Source: Gammaproteobacteria bacterium (GTDB lineage Bacteria; Pseudomonadota; Gammaproteobacteria; Natronospirales; REEB76). From it: 49,606 nucleotides of DNA. Of this stretch, positions 8,985-17,909 are shown piece after piece. How positions within the stretch are numbered: position 1 is the first letter of the stretch; every line of letters begins with the position of its first letter. Under the pieces are notes generated by a model. It saw nothing but the letters and a program-made list of their open reading frames with translations. It was not told the origin of the DNA and did no database searches. Position numbers and translations under genes: made by a program. The stretch lies in assembly GCA_050739175.1 (NCBI GenBank), contig JBOIAZ010000038.1, positions 1-49,606 of the forward strand, written 5' to 3'.

Positions 8985-10372
8985 GGATGACAGCCTCCGC
9001 TCGCGGCGCCCGCCAGCGCCGGGGACGCGCGCAGCGCCTCGACCACACGCTCCATGCGCATGGCGCGTGAACCCTTGATGAGCACGCTGATGCCGGAGCG
9101 CAGCTTGCCGCGCAGTGCGGTGATCAGCGCCTCGCAGTCGCCAAAGTGTTCGGCGCCCGTTCCGAATTTTCCGCTGGCGTGCCGGCTCAGGCTGCCGCAG
9201 GTCCACAGCTGCAGCACGCCGAGGCGCCGTGCGAGCTCGCCGCACTCGGCATGCAGCGCGGCCGCGCCTGCGCCCAGCTCGCCCATGTCGCCCAACACCA
9301 GCCACACCGGATCGCCGAGACTTACGGCAAATTCCACCGCTGCCTTGAGTGAAACTGGATTGGCGTTGTAGCTGTCGTCAATCAGGCGGCAACCGTGCAA
9401 ACCGGACAACACGATCAGGCGGCCGTGGGTTTGCGGCACGCACGCCAGTCCGGCGCTGATCTCACCGAGGCTGGCGCCGGCCGCACGCGCCGCAGCCGCT
9501 GCCGCCAGTGCATTCATGACGTTGTGGCGCCCCGGCAGGGACAGGCGCACCGGAACTGCGCCCTCCGGGGTCTGCAGCGTGAATTCCCACGCGCCGGAGG
9601 GCAGCGGCCGCAATGAATCCGCTGCCGGATGAAGGTCGGCCGACGCGTTCAGGCCGAAACTGCGCTGCTCATGGCGGCCGGCCATTTCACGCCACACCGG
9701 CGCGAATTCATCATCGGCATTGATCACGGCCACGCCGCCGGCATGCAAGCCGGCGAACAGCGCGCCTTTTTCCAGCGCCACGCCGCGCACGCTGCCAAGC
9801 GCCTCGAGATGCGCGCTCCCGGCATTGGTGACCACCGCCACGGTGGCCGCGACCAGCGACGCCAGATAGGCGATTTCACCGGGATGATTGGTGCCCATCT
9901 CGATGACCGCGGCGCGATGCTGCGCGCCCAGTTCCAGGAGCGTCAGCGGCACGCCGATGTCGTTGTTGTGGTTGCCGCGCGTGGCCAGCGTATCGCCGCG
10001 TTGGCGCAGGATGCTGGCAATCATCTCCTTGACCGTGGTCTTGCCGTTGGAGCCGGTGACGCCCACCACCGGAATCTCGAAACCACGCCGCCAGCGGGCG
10101 GCATAGGCGCCGAGCGCGCGGCGCGTATCCGCCACCACGACCTGCGGCAGCCGCGCAGCCAGCTGACGTTCAACCAGCGCGCCTGCGGCGCCCAGCTGTC
10201 CCGCCTGCGCCACATAGTCGTGACCATCGAAATGCGCGCCGCGCAAAGCCACGAACAGCTCGTCAGCGGCGAGCGTGCGGGTGTCGGCGCTGACGCGCAG
10301 GAAATTGCGGTCCGCGCCCTGCAAGCGGCCGGCGGTGGCCGCGGCCAGGTCCGACAGCCGCTGCGCATTCAT
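8975..10372 (-). CDS. murF: UDP-MurNAc-tripeptide--D-alanyl-D-alanine ligase MurF
   Basis: 465 aa. [16 protein letters not shown]-loop, Mur ligase architecture. ATGA overlap with the murE stop. Confidence 0.93.
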   Translation of the reverse strand: MNAQRLSDLAAATAGRLQGADRNFLRVSADTRTLAADELFVALRGAHFDGHDYVAQAGQLGAAGALVERQLAARLPQVVVADTRRALGAYAARWRRGFEIPVVGVTGSNGKTTVKEMIASILRQRGDTLATRGNHNNDIGVPLTLLELGAQHRAAVIEMGTNHPGEIAYLASLVAATVAVVTNAGSAHLEALGSVRGVALEKGALFAGLHAGGVAVINADDEFAPVWREMAGRHEQRSFGLNASADLHPAADSLRPLPSGAWEFTLQTPEGAVPVRLSLPGRHNVMNALAAAAAARAAGASLGEISAGLACVPQTHGRLIVLSGLHGCRLIDDSYNANPVSLKAAVEFAVSLGDPVWLVLGDMGELGAGAAALHAECGELARRLGVLQLWTCGSLSRHASGKFGTGAEHFGDCEALITALRGKLRSGISVLIKGSRAMRMERVVEALRASPALAGAASGGCHPCC

Positions 10373-11883
10373 GCCGATACCCCGCCGAGCAGCTGCTGCA
10401 CCGTGTCGCGATCGCTGTAATTCAGATGCCGGTCGCCCACGATCTGATATTGCTCATGTCCCTTGCCGGCCAGCAGCACCACATCGCCGGCACGCGCGGC
10501 CTGCAGCGCCTCGGTCAGCGCGCGCGCACGGTCGCGCTGCACGCGCACCCGCCTGCGCTGCGTGATGCCGCCCAGGATCTCCGCCACGATGGCATCGCCG
10601 TCCTCGTGGCGCGGATTGTCGTCAGTGACGATCACATAGTCGGCCAGCTTCTCGGCAAGCGCGCCCATCTGCGGACGCTTGCCGCGATCGCGCTCGCCCC
10701 CGCAGCCGAATACACACCAGAGCTGTCCCGTGCAATGCGCGCGCGCCGCGGTCAGGGCCTTTTCCAGCGCATCAGGCGTGTGCGCGTAATCCACCACCAC
10801 CAGCGGCTGGGGGCCGCCACCGAAACATTCCATGCGCCCCGGAACCGTGCGCGCCTGATGCAAGGCGGCAAGCGCCTGCGCGAACGGCAGCTCCTCGGAC
10901 AGCAACACGCCCAGAACCGCCAGCAGGTTCTGCGCATTGAAACGCCCGAGCAGGCGTGAGCTCACCTGCCCGCTGCCGTACTCGCTGGCGACGTCGAACT
11001 GCAAACCGCTGGCGCTCAGCAGGAGTTGCGTGGCCTGCAGGGCCTGGCCGCGCGCCGCGCCGCGATTCTCCAGGCTGTAGCCAATGAGCGCGATGCCGGA
11101 CGGCAACGCGGCGGCCAGCTCCCGTCCGAAGGCATCGTCCAGATTGATGACCGCGTGGCGCAATCCCGGCATCTCGAACAGGCGGCGTTTGGCGGCGCCG
11201 TAGGACTGCATGTCGCCGTGGTAATCCAGGTGATCGCGGGTCAGATTGGTGAACACCGCGGTGCTGAAGTGCACGCCGTTCAGGCGGCCCTGATCAAGCG
11301 CATGGCTGGAAGCTTCCAGGCTCACGTGACGCACGCGCGCATCGCGGAAACGCGCCAGCCAGGCCTGTATGCTCACGGCATCCGGCGTGGTGTGGCTGCC
11401 GGTTTGCAGATGGCCGTATACGCCGTAGCCCAACGTGCCCAGCAGCCCGCAGGGTCTGTCCAACTGCGTGAGGGTTTGCGCACTGAGCAGGCTCACCGAG
11501 GTTTTGCCGTTGGTGCCGGTGACCGCGATCACTCGTTGTGCAGCTGAAGGTTGCGCGTAAAAACGCGCGGCGATCGGGCCGGCCTGCTGGGCCAGATCGC
11601 GCACCGCGAATGCCGGCAGCCCCTTGAGACCCGGAAGATACGACACCGCGCCTTCAGGGTCGTAGGCCACGGCGCTCGCGCCCCGGCGGCGGGCGTCGGC
11701 GAGGTGTTGCAGGCCATGGTGATCGCGGCCGCGCACCGCGAGAAACAGGTAGCGCGGCTGGATCTCGCGACTGTCCAGCGCCACGCCCAGCAGCGGCTGA
11801 TCGCGCTCCGGCGCAACCGGAATCACATCCTGCAATACCGTAGCGAGCGTCGGGCCGGCAAGCGGGCGCGGCTGCGTCATCAT
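10369..11883 (-). CDS. murE: UDP-MurNAc-L-Ala-D-Glu--2,6-diaminopimelate ligase MurE
   Basis: 504 aa. VTGTNGKTSV P-loop. DNPR motif (VTDDNPRHED), which in characterised MurE proteins accompanies meso-DAP specificity. Confidence 0.95.
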   Translation of the reverse strand: MMTQPRPLAGPTLATVLQDVIPVAPERDQPLLGVALDSREIQPRYLFLAVRGRDHHGLQHLADARRRGASAVAYDPEGAVSYLPGLKGLPAFAVRDLAQQAGPIAARFYAQPSAAQRVIAVTGTNGKTSVSLLSAQTLTQLDRPCGLLGTLGYGVYGHLQTGSHTTPDAVSIQAWLARFRDARVRHVSLEASSHALDQGRLNGVHFSTAVFTNLTRDHLDYHGDMQSYGAAKRRLFEMPGLRHAVINLDDAFGRELAAALPSGIALIGYSLENRGAARGQALQATQLLLSASGLQFDVASEYGSGQVSSRLLGRFNAQNLLAVLGVLLSEELPFAQALAALHQARTVPGRMECFGGGPQPLVVVDYAHTPDALEKALTAARAHCTGQLWCVFGCGGERDRGKRPQMGALAEKLADYVIVTDDNPRHEDGDAIVAEILGGITQRRRVRVQRDRARALTEALQAARAGDVVLLAGKGHEQYQIVGDRHLNYSDRDTVQQLLGGVSA

Positions 11884-13598
11884 GAGCTGTGGTCCAGGTT
11901 CACCACGTACGCGGTGGTGAGATTGCCGAGGTTGTCGGGCGGAATGTCGAGCAGGCGCAACGCACCGCTCATGACGCGCGCGAACACCGGAGCAGCCACG
12001 GTACCCGCGTAATACTCGCCGCGGCTGGGTTCGCGGATCATCACTACCGTCACCAGGCGCGGATCGCTGGCGGGCGCCATGCCGCAGAACACGGAAATGT
12101 AATCGGTGCTGGAATAGCCGCCGTTCTGCGCGATGCGCGCGGTGCCGGTCTTGCCGGCCACGTGGTAACCGGCCACGTCCGCCAGCCGGCCGGTGCCTTC
12201 ATTCGACACCACGGTTTCCAGCATGCGCCGCAGCGTCACGATTACCGGCGCGGGAATCACCTGCTGGCCGCGCGGCGGCGTATCCACGCGCACGAAACTC
12301 GACGGGATACGCACGCCGTTGTCGGCGATGATGTCGTAGGCATCGGCCAGTTGCAGCGCGGTGACCGCCACGCCGTAGCCATAGGAAATGGTCGCCTGAC
12401 GCGCCTGCGACCAGCTGCGATACGGCGGCAATGAACCCGGCACCTCGCCGGGAAAGCCGCCGCCGCTCAGCTGCCCGAATCCAAAGGCGCTGAGCGTGTT
12501 CCACAGCAACTGCGGCGGCAGCGTCAGGGCGATCTTGCTGGCGCCCACATTGCTGGATTTTTCCAGAACCGTGGTGAGATTGATGGCGCCGTAATCGCTG
12601 TCGTCGCGGATGGTGTAACCGGAAACCTTGTAAAAACCCGGCGCGGTGTTGACCACGGTATTCGGCGTGTAGCGTCCCGAGAGCAGCGCGGCCAGGATGC
12701 TGAACGGCTTCATGCTGGAGCCGGGCTCGAACTGGTCGGTGACCGCGCGGTTGCGGTACGACGCCGGAGCGTAGTCGGCACGGTTGTTGGGATTGAAAGA
12801 CGGCTGGTTCGCCATGGCCAGCACTTCGCCGGTCTTGGCGTCCATGACGATGATGGACCCGGAGCGCGCGCCCTGTTGCTGTACCGCCTGCTTGAGCGCG
12901 CGGTACGCGAGGTACTGCACGCGCAGGTCGAGGCTGCTCACCAGATCCTTGCCGGGTCGCGGTGCGCGCAGGCTTTCCACGTCCTGCACCCAGTGTCCGT
13001 AACGGTCCACGATCACGCGCTCCGCGCCGGGGGTGCCCTGCAGCCAGTTGTTGTAGGCGAGTTCCAGTCCCTCCTGTCCGACGTCGTCCACGCTGGTGAA
13101 ACCCAGCACCTGGGAGGCCACCTCGCCTGCCGGATAATAACGGCGATATTCGCGCTGGCTGTAGACGCCGGGGATGTCCAGCGCGGTCACGCGCTTTGCC
13201 GCATACGGGTCCAGCCCGCGCTGCAGATACACAAATTCCTTGTCACGATTCTGGTGCAGCAGCGTGCGGATGTCCGCGCTCGACATGCCCAAGGCATGCG
13301 CCAGCTGTGGCACGCGCGCGCCGGCCGCCGCGAGTTCCTGCGGATCCATCCAGATGGAATCCACGGGCGTGGATACCGCCAGCGGCTGACCATTGCGGTC
13401 GAGAATCATGCCGCGATGCGCGGGCATCTGCACCACGCGCAGGTGCCGTTCCTTGCCCTGGGCCTGCAGGAACTGCTCGTCAAACATCTGCAGGTACACG
13501 GCACGGCCCAGCAAGGCCGCGGCCAGCAGCATGAACACCGCAAGCACCAGCGCGCTGCGCCAGTTCCAGGACGCGCCGGGCTCAGCGCCGCGCTTCAC
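11880..13598 (-). CDS. ftsI: Peptidoglycan D,D-transpeptidase FtsI (PBP3)
   Basis: ORF 11880..13718. Start placed at GTG 13598 (VKRGAEPG...), overlapping the ftsL stop as GTGA. N-terminal TM, then a PBP dimerisation domain and transpeptidase motifs (SSMKPF = SxxK, SSN, KTGT). Confidence 0.9.
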   Translation of the reverse strand: MKRGAEPGASWNWRSALVLAVFMLLAAALLGRAVYLQMFDEQFLQAQGKERHLRVVQMPAHRGMILDRNGQPLAVSTPVDSIWMDPQELAAAGARVPQLAHALGMSSADIRTLLHQNRDKEFVYLQRGLDPYAAKRVTALDIPGVYSQREYRRYYPAGEVASQVLGFTSVDDVGQEGLELAYNNWLQGTPGAERVIVDRYGHWVQDVESLRAPRPGKDLVSSLDLRVQYLAYRALKQAVQQQGARSGSIIVMDAKTGEVLAMANQPSFNPNNRADYAPASYRNRAVTDQFEPGSSMKPFSILAALLSGRYTPNTVVNTAPGFYKVSGYTIRDDSDYGAINLTTVLEKSSNVGASKIALTLPPQLLWNTLSAFGFGQLSGGGFPGEVPGSLPPYRSWSQARQATISYGYGVAVTALQLADAYDIIADNGVRIPSSFVRVDTPPRGQQVIPAPVIVTLRRMLETVVSNEGTGRLADVAGYHVAGKTGTARIAQNGGYSSTDYISVFCGMAPASDPRLVTVVMIREPSRGEYYAGTVAAPVFARVMSGALRLLDIPPDNLGNLTTAYVVNLDHSS

Positions 13599-13864
13599 GG
13601 GTGCACCACCACGATCCGGGGATGGGCCGGCAATTGCATGTCCAACTGCTGGGTAGCCATCTGTTCGACGCGTGCATGCGTGGACCAGGTGCTTTCCTCG
13701 AGCAGCAGCTGGCCCCACTCGACATTCTGCTGGTCGCGCTGCTGACGCAACTGCTGCAGCTGCGCGAACAGCATGCGGTTCTCGTGGCGCGCATCAATGA
13801 CCGCCAGGGCGCTCAACATCCCGGCAGCCAGCAGCAACGCCAGAATGGCGCGCGTGAACCTCAC
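13595..13864 (-). CDS. ftsL: Cell division protein FtsL
   Basis: 89 aa. Single TM (ILALLLAAGMLSALAVI) followed by a coiled-coil/leucine-zipper-like region (FAQLQQLRQQRDQQNVEWGQLLLE). Canonical position between rsmH and ftsI. Confidence 0.82.
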   Translation of the reverse strand: MRFTRAILALLLAAGMLSALAVIDARHENRMLFAQLQQLRQQRDQQNVEWGQLLLEESTWSTHARVEQMATQQLDMQLPAHPRIVVVHP

Positions 13865-14805
13865 GCCAGACGCTCCGCTGTGCGCAGCACCGCGCTGCGC
13901 GCGCGCGGGTTGCGCTCAATCTCCGGGGCCTGCGGGCGCGTGGCTTTGCCTGCAAGCCGCAGGCTGGGGCACGTGGCCGGTGACAACCATGGCGCCTTGG
14001 GATCGGGCGGAGCGGCGCGTGCATGCCCGCGCATGAAGCGTTTGACCACACGGTCTTCAAGCGAATGAAAGCTGATCACCACCAGCCGCCCGCGCGGCGC
14101 CAGCACCCGGAGACACTGCTCCAGACATTCGGCGAGTTCGTCCAGCTCGCGGTTGATGTAGATGCGCAGTGCCTGAAACGTGCGCGTGGCCGGGTGCTTG
14201 CGATGCTCGCGTGTCGGGACCGCAGCGCTTACAATTTCGGCGAGCTGTTGCGTGCGGGTAATCGGCACGCGCACGCGCGCGGCGACAATCGCGCGCGCAA
14301 TGCGCCGCGCAAAGCGTTCTTCCCCGTAGCGTTGAATCACGATAATAATTTCCGCCGGCGTGGCACGCTTGAGCCAATCCGCCGCGCTCTCGCCGCTTTC
14401 CGGATCCATACGCATGTCAAGCGGCCCGTCGCGCAGGAAACTGAACCCGCGGCGCGCGTCATCGAGCTGCGCGGAGGAAAGTCCCAGGTCCAGCAGTAAG
14501 CCGTTTACCTGTCCGCACACGCCGTATTGCTGCGCGATGCGCTCAAGCATGGAAAACGCACCTCGATGCACCATGACTCGCCCGTCACCGTTCCATTCCA
14601 TTTGCGCTGCCGCTACCGCCTGCGGATCGCGGTCCATCACGATCAACCGCCCCTCCGCACCCAGGTGCTTGAGGATTTCGCGGCTGTGGCCGCCGCGCCC
14701 GTAAGTGGCATCCACGTACACGCCATCCGCGCGTACCGCCAGACACATCACCGCCTCCTCGAGCAACACCGGCTGATGCGTGTGCCCGGCCGCGGTGTGG
14801 TTCAC
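13861..14805 (-). CDS. rsmH: 16S rRNA (cytosine1402-N4)-methyltransferase RsmH (MraW)
   Basis: 314 aa. HQPVLLEE...DATYGRGGHS...DLGLSSAQLD motifs typical of RsmH. Confidence 0.95.
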   Translation of the reverse strand: MNHTAAGHTHQPVLLEEAVMCLAVRADGVYVDATYGRGGHSREILKHLGAEGRLIVMDRDPQAVAAAQMEWNGDGRVMVHRGAFSMLERIAQQYGVCGQVNGLLLDLGLSSAQLDDARRGFSFLRDGPLDMRMDPESGESAADWLKRATPAEIIIVIQRYGEERFARRIARAIVAARVRVPITRTQQLAEIVSAAVPTREHRKHPATRTFQALRIYINRELDELAECLEQCLRVLAPRGRLVVISFHSLEDRVVKRFMRGHARAAPPDPKAPWLSPATCPSLRLAGKATRPQAPEIERNPRARSAVLRTAERLA

Positions 14806-15257
14806 AGCGCCAGCCTGGCCAGCTCCTCCGGCAGGCCCGCGGCGGCAGCGTGATCCGCCGCGAGGCTCAGTTCGCGGCGTGCGTCCCAGGCGGATTTATC
14901 CCACAACTCGAATTTGTTCATGAGGCCCAGCAATACGACATCGCGTTCCAGCTTGGCGAATTCGCGCAGCTCCGCGGGCAACAGCACCCGCCCGTGGCTG
15001 TCCATGGAAATTTCGGTGGCGTGTCCGACCAGCAGGCGCTGCAGTTCGCGTACTTGCGGCTGCAGGCTCGGCAGATGCACGAGCTTGGCTTCGATCTCTT
15101 CCCAGGTGGGTAATGGGTAAATCAGCAGGTAGTAGCCGCGGTCAATCGTGACTACGAGCTTGCCGTCGCAGGCTTCCGCGAGACGCTCGCGATAACGCGC
15201 TGGCACGGCAAGCCGGCCCTTGGTGTCCAATGTCAGGTTGTTTACCCCGCGAAACAC
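14802..15257 (-). CDS. mraZ: Transcriptional regulator MraZ
   Basis: 151 aa with a GTG start. MFRGVNNLTLDTKGRLAVPARYRE and a second SpoVT/AbrB-like repeat (MDSHGRVLLPAELRE). Confidence 0.93.
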   Translation of the reverse strand: MFRGVNNLTLDTKGRLAVPARYRERLAEACDGKLVVTIDRGYYLLIYPLPTWEEIEAKLVHLPSLQPQVRELQRLLVGHATEISMDSHGRVLLPAELREFAKLERDVVLLGLMNKFELWDKSAWDARRELSLAADHAAAAGLPEELARLAL

Positions 15258-15281
15258 ATGCCCACTCCACAGTCCAGAAAG

Positions 15282-15306
15282 CCCATTTCATCCCACTTTT
15301 ACCCAC
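15282..15306 (-). promoter_or_regulatory. Putative MraZ operator: three direct pentamer repeats with 10-nt periodicity
   Basis: The minus strand reads GTGGGtaaaaGTGGGatgaaATGGG, lying 25-50 nt upstream of the mraZ start. This matches the published E. coli MraZ operator layout of TGGGN repeats with 5-nt spacers. Confidence 0.7.
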
Positions 15307-15314
15307 CTTCGAAC

Positions 15315-15343
15315 ACTATAGGAAGCGTTTCCCCCGCAGTCAA
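15315..15343 (-). promoter_or_regulatory. Candidate Pmra sigma70 promoter
   Basis: The minus strand has TTGACT (15343-15338), 17 nt, then TATAGT (15320-15315). The predicted TSS falls immediately upstream of the MraZ boxes. Confidence 0.6.
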
Positions 15344-15582
15344 GGGTAAACTGCAAAAAAAGTGCTTGTCGGACAGGGACTTAGGCGCGAATCGTAATGG
15401 AAATTTGTAAAGACAACTGCCTATCAATCAGTAACTTGGAAGGTCATCCTAGAGCCGGTATCAGATTGTGGCGAGCGACAAACGGGACGATGCGTGGCCG
15501 CGAAAGGCAAGAGTCTCATCAAGAGTCTCATGTGGAGCGCTTTAAAGCTCCGGTTCGAACCGTCACACAGGCGAGGTATTAG

Positions 15583-15635
15583 CAGGTTGTTGAAAACAAC
15601 CTGTTAAACGGGTACAGGGATGTACCCGCATTTTT
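15583..15635. terminator. Two adjacent stem-loops just downstream of the PEPM-family gene, in the spacer before Pmra
   Basis: CAGGTTGTT-gaa-AACAACCTG (15583-15603) and GGGTACA-ggga-TGTACCC (15610-15627). Only the plus-strand reading of the second is followed by a T-run (gcaTTTTT). The strand of action is therefore ambiguous. Confidence 0.4.
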
Positions 15636-15645
15636 CAACAAGCTA

Positions 15646-16488
15646 TCAGTGCTTCAGCAGATTGTTGAGCGCGGCGTAAGTTAAATCCGTCGCCAAGCCC
15701 CGGAATCCTCCGCCGCTGAGAAAGTCACGCGCCAGCCGTTCGGCATGAGCCAGACTGGCGCGATGCAGGCCCGAGCCGACACTGACCCTGGCTACGCCCA
15801 GCTTTTCCAGCTCGGAAACCGTCGGGGTCGCAGGTCCGGCGAGCACGTTCAACGGCAACTTCAGTTCGCGCACCAGCGCCGCAATGGTGGCCGCATCCGC
15901 AACTCCGGGCGCAAACAGGCAATCGACACCGGCCTGGGTGTAGGCGCCAAGCCGCCGCAGGGTTTCTGCCAGACGCGTGTCCGGTGCCCCCACTTGATGA
16001 AGAAACACATCGGTGCGCGCATTGATCACCAGCGGGATCCCCGCCTCATCCGCGGCCGCACGCGCGGCGCGCAAGCGTGCTTGCTGTTCCTCGATGTCAC
16101 GCAGCGGCTGCGACGATCCCGGAGGCAGGCCGTCTTCAAGATTGACGCCCACGGCACCGGTGGCCAGCAGTTGGTGTATCACGGCCTGCAGTGCCGCCGG
16201 TGTTTGCGCGTAGCCCGCTTCAAGATCGGCGCTCACCGGAATTTGCACCGCCGCGGCAATGCGCTGTGTCGCTGCGAGCACCTGCGCAAGCGGCGCCGCC
16301 TGACCATCGGTATAACCCAGCGCATTCGCGACACCGGCACTGGTAGTAGCGATGGCACGCGCACCGGCACGCGCGAACAACGCGGCGCTGGCGGCATCCC
16401 AGGCATTGGGCAATACCAGTGTCGGTGGCGCCTGATGCAGACGGTGCAATAACTCCGCCTTGCGCTTCCGGGTTGAATCATTCTGCAT
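15646..16488 (-). CDS. Isocitrate lyase / PEP mutase superfamily protein (methylisocitrate lyase / carboxyvinyl-carboxyphosphonate phosphorylmutase-like)
   Basis: ORF 15646..16629. Start taken at ATG 16488 (MQNDSTRK...) behind an AGGAGGA SD, because the upstream part of the ORF overlaps rnpB. LVLPNAWDAASA...ATTSAGVA...VNLEDG motifs of the ICL/PEPM family. Confidence 0.82.
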   Translation of the reverse strand: MQNDSTRKRKAELLHRLHQAPPTLVLPNAWDAASAALFARAGARAIATTSAGVANALGYTDGQAAPLAQVLAATQRIAAAVQIPVSADLEAGYAQTPAALQAVIHQLLATGAVGVNLEDGLPPGSSQPLRDIEEQQARLRAARAAADEAGIPLVINARTDVFLHQVGAPDTRLAETLRRLGAYTQAGVDCLFAPGVADAATIAALVRELKLPLNVLAGPATPTVSELEKLGVARVSVGSGLHRASLAHAERLARDFLSGGGFRGLATDLTYAALNNLLKH

Positions 16489-16561
16489 GATGTCCTCCTG
16501 CCTCGACGAGACTGCGCCCTGACCATCCCTGGTCAGCGGTGCCGCAGTAGTGATCGAAATA

Positions 16562-16920
16562 CGAGGAGTCGGCCTGTAAGCCGGGTTCTGTCGTGGACAG
16601 CCATTCATCTGGGACGCACGTCGCCGCACGCCTCTAGCGGCCTACCCGGAAGCCGTGCGGACCGCACGCGCGGGTTGCCCCGCCGCTTCCCTATTTGGCC
16701 TTGCTCCGGATGGGGTTTTCCGTGCCGCGAACGGTTGCCCGTCGCGCGGTGCGCTCTTACCGCACCTTTTCACCCTTGCCTGTGCCTTGCGGCCATCGGC
16801 GGTGTGTTTTCTGTGGCACTGTCCGTGGGCTCGCGCCCCCCAGGCGTTACCTGGCATCCCGTCCTGTGGAGCCCGGACTTTCCTCTGCGCGTGAGCACAG
16901 CGGCTGCCCGGCCGACTCCG
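16562..16920 (-). ncRNA. rnpB: RNase P RNA, bacterial type A
   Basis: The minus strand contains GGAAAGUCCGGGCUCCACAGGACGGGAUGCCAGGUAACGCCUGGGGG, GGUGAAAAGGUGCGGUAAGAGCGCACCGCGC, GGAGCAAGGCCAAAUAGGG and AGAUGAAUGGCUGUCCACGACAGAACCCGGCUUA, near-identical to the universally conserved M1 RNA blocks. P1 pairing is 5' GGAGUCGGCC / 3' GGCCGACUCC. TATAAT lies at 16931-16926, 6-7 nt upstream of the 5' end. Ends are accurate to about 5 nt. Confidence 0.92.
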
Positions 16921-16974
16921 TACTTATTATAGCGGAGCGCCTGCGGCAAATTGGTTGCATGCGGACGCGGGAGA

Positions 16975-17829
16975 TTACTTGCGTCCGGCGATTTCCAGTG
17001 CCGTGGCGTACAGCCGGTTTTTCCTGCCGCCGCTGATGCGCGCCGCCAGTTCGGCCGCCTGCCTGATGGGCAACTCTTCCAACAGAATGCGCAGCACCCG
17101 TTGCGTCTCGATGTCCGCCCCCCGGGATCGTGCTTCCGCGTTACCGGCGACCAGGATCACGGCTTCGCCTTTCGGCGCTTCGGCGTTTGCAGTCAGTCGC
17201 GTGGCGAGTTCCGACAGCGTTCCGCTGCTCACGGTCTCATGCAGTTTCGTCAACTCGCGCGCAAGCACCGCGGCGCGTTCCGCGCCCAAGGTCTGGGCCA
17301 TATCCGCGAGTGATTCCTGCAGGCGATGCACCGCTTCATAAAACACCAGAGTACGGGTCTCGGTCACCAGCTCGGTGAGCCGTGCGCGGCGCGCGGCAGA
17401 CCTGGCCGGCAGAAATCCCTCGAACACGAACCGGTCGGTGGGCAGGCCACTCACCGACAGTGCGGCAATCAGGGCGCTCGGCCCGGGGACGGGACTCACA
17501 GTCACGCCCGCCATGCGTGCCGCGCGCACCAGATTGAATCCCGGGTCGCTGATGAGCGGTGTACCGGCATCCGAGACCAGCGCCACGGACTCGCCTGCCA
17601 GCAGCCTTGCCAGCACACGCGGTGTGCACTCGGCCTCATTGTGATCGTGCAGAGCCAGCAGCGACGTGCGCAGGCCGAAATGCGCCAGTAGCGTGCGCGT
17701 ATGTCGCGTGTCTTCGGCAGCGATCAACTGCACCTCGGCCATGACCCGCTGCGCGCGCGGCGACAGGTCTTCGAGATTGCCGATGGGCGTAGCCACAACG
17801 TACAGCACGCCGGCGCCGTGTTTTGTCAT
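16975..17829 (-). CDS. rsmI: 16S rRNA (cytidine1402-2'-O)-methyltransferase RsmI
   Basis: 284 aa. LYVVATPIGNLEDLSPRA...AEDTRHT tetrapyrrole-methylase-fold N-terminus typical of RsmI. Divergent from lpoA as in E. coli yraL/yraM. Confidence 0.93.
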   Translation of the reverse strand: MTKHGAGVLYVVATPIGNLEDLSPRAQRVMAEVQLIAAEDTRHTRTLLAHFGLRTSLLALHDHNEAECTPRVLARLLAGESVALVSDAGTPLISDPGFNLVRAARMAGVTVSPVPGPSALIAALSVSGLPTDRFVFEGFLPARSAARRARLTELVTETRTLVFYEAVHRLQESLADMAQTLGAERAAVLARELTKLHETVSSGTLSELATRLTANAEAPKGEAVILVAGNAEARSRGADIETQRVLRILLEELPIRQAAELAARISGGRKNRLYATALEIAGRK

Positions 17830-17909
17830 ATCCGTTCCCCGGTTTTCCCGCCAGCCGTCGCTGCAGGTATCATTGGAGCGGGTCCATCCTGCACTGGAAA
17901 CCGAAATTC

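Noticed and set aside
7902-9305. Long N-terminal extensions offered by the ORF track for mraY (to 9305), ftsI (to 13718), ftsA (to 1661), ftsW (to 6612), lpoA (from 17823), nadV (to 23356), the PEPM-family gene (to 16629), the M13 peptidase (from 38013) and the ATPase (from 45993).
   Set aside because: The extensions overlap the upstream gene or rnpB and are Arg/Pro-rich. They precede internal starts that give canonical N-termini, signal peptides or stop/start coupling. The internal starts were used instead.
15397-15582. A 61-codon plus-strand ORF in the AT-rich spacer upstream of mraZ.
   Set aside because: It has no SD and an unusual composition. Part of its sequence is produced by the 12-bp tandem repeat (QESHQESH). 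It is treated as non-coding, and the region is reported as a possible RNA or regulatory spacer.
16642-17036. Five overlapping 70-113-codon ORFs on both strands between the PEPM-family gene and rsmI.
   Set aside because: The region is fully explained by the RNase P RNA gene and its promoter.
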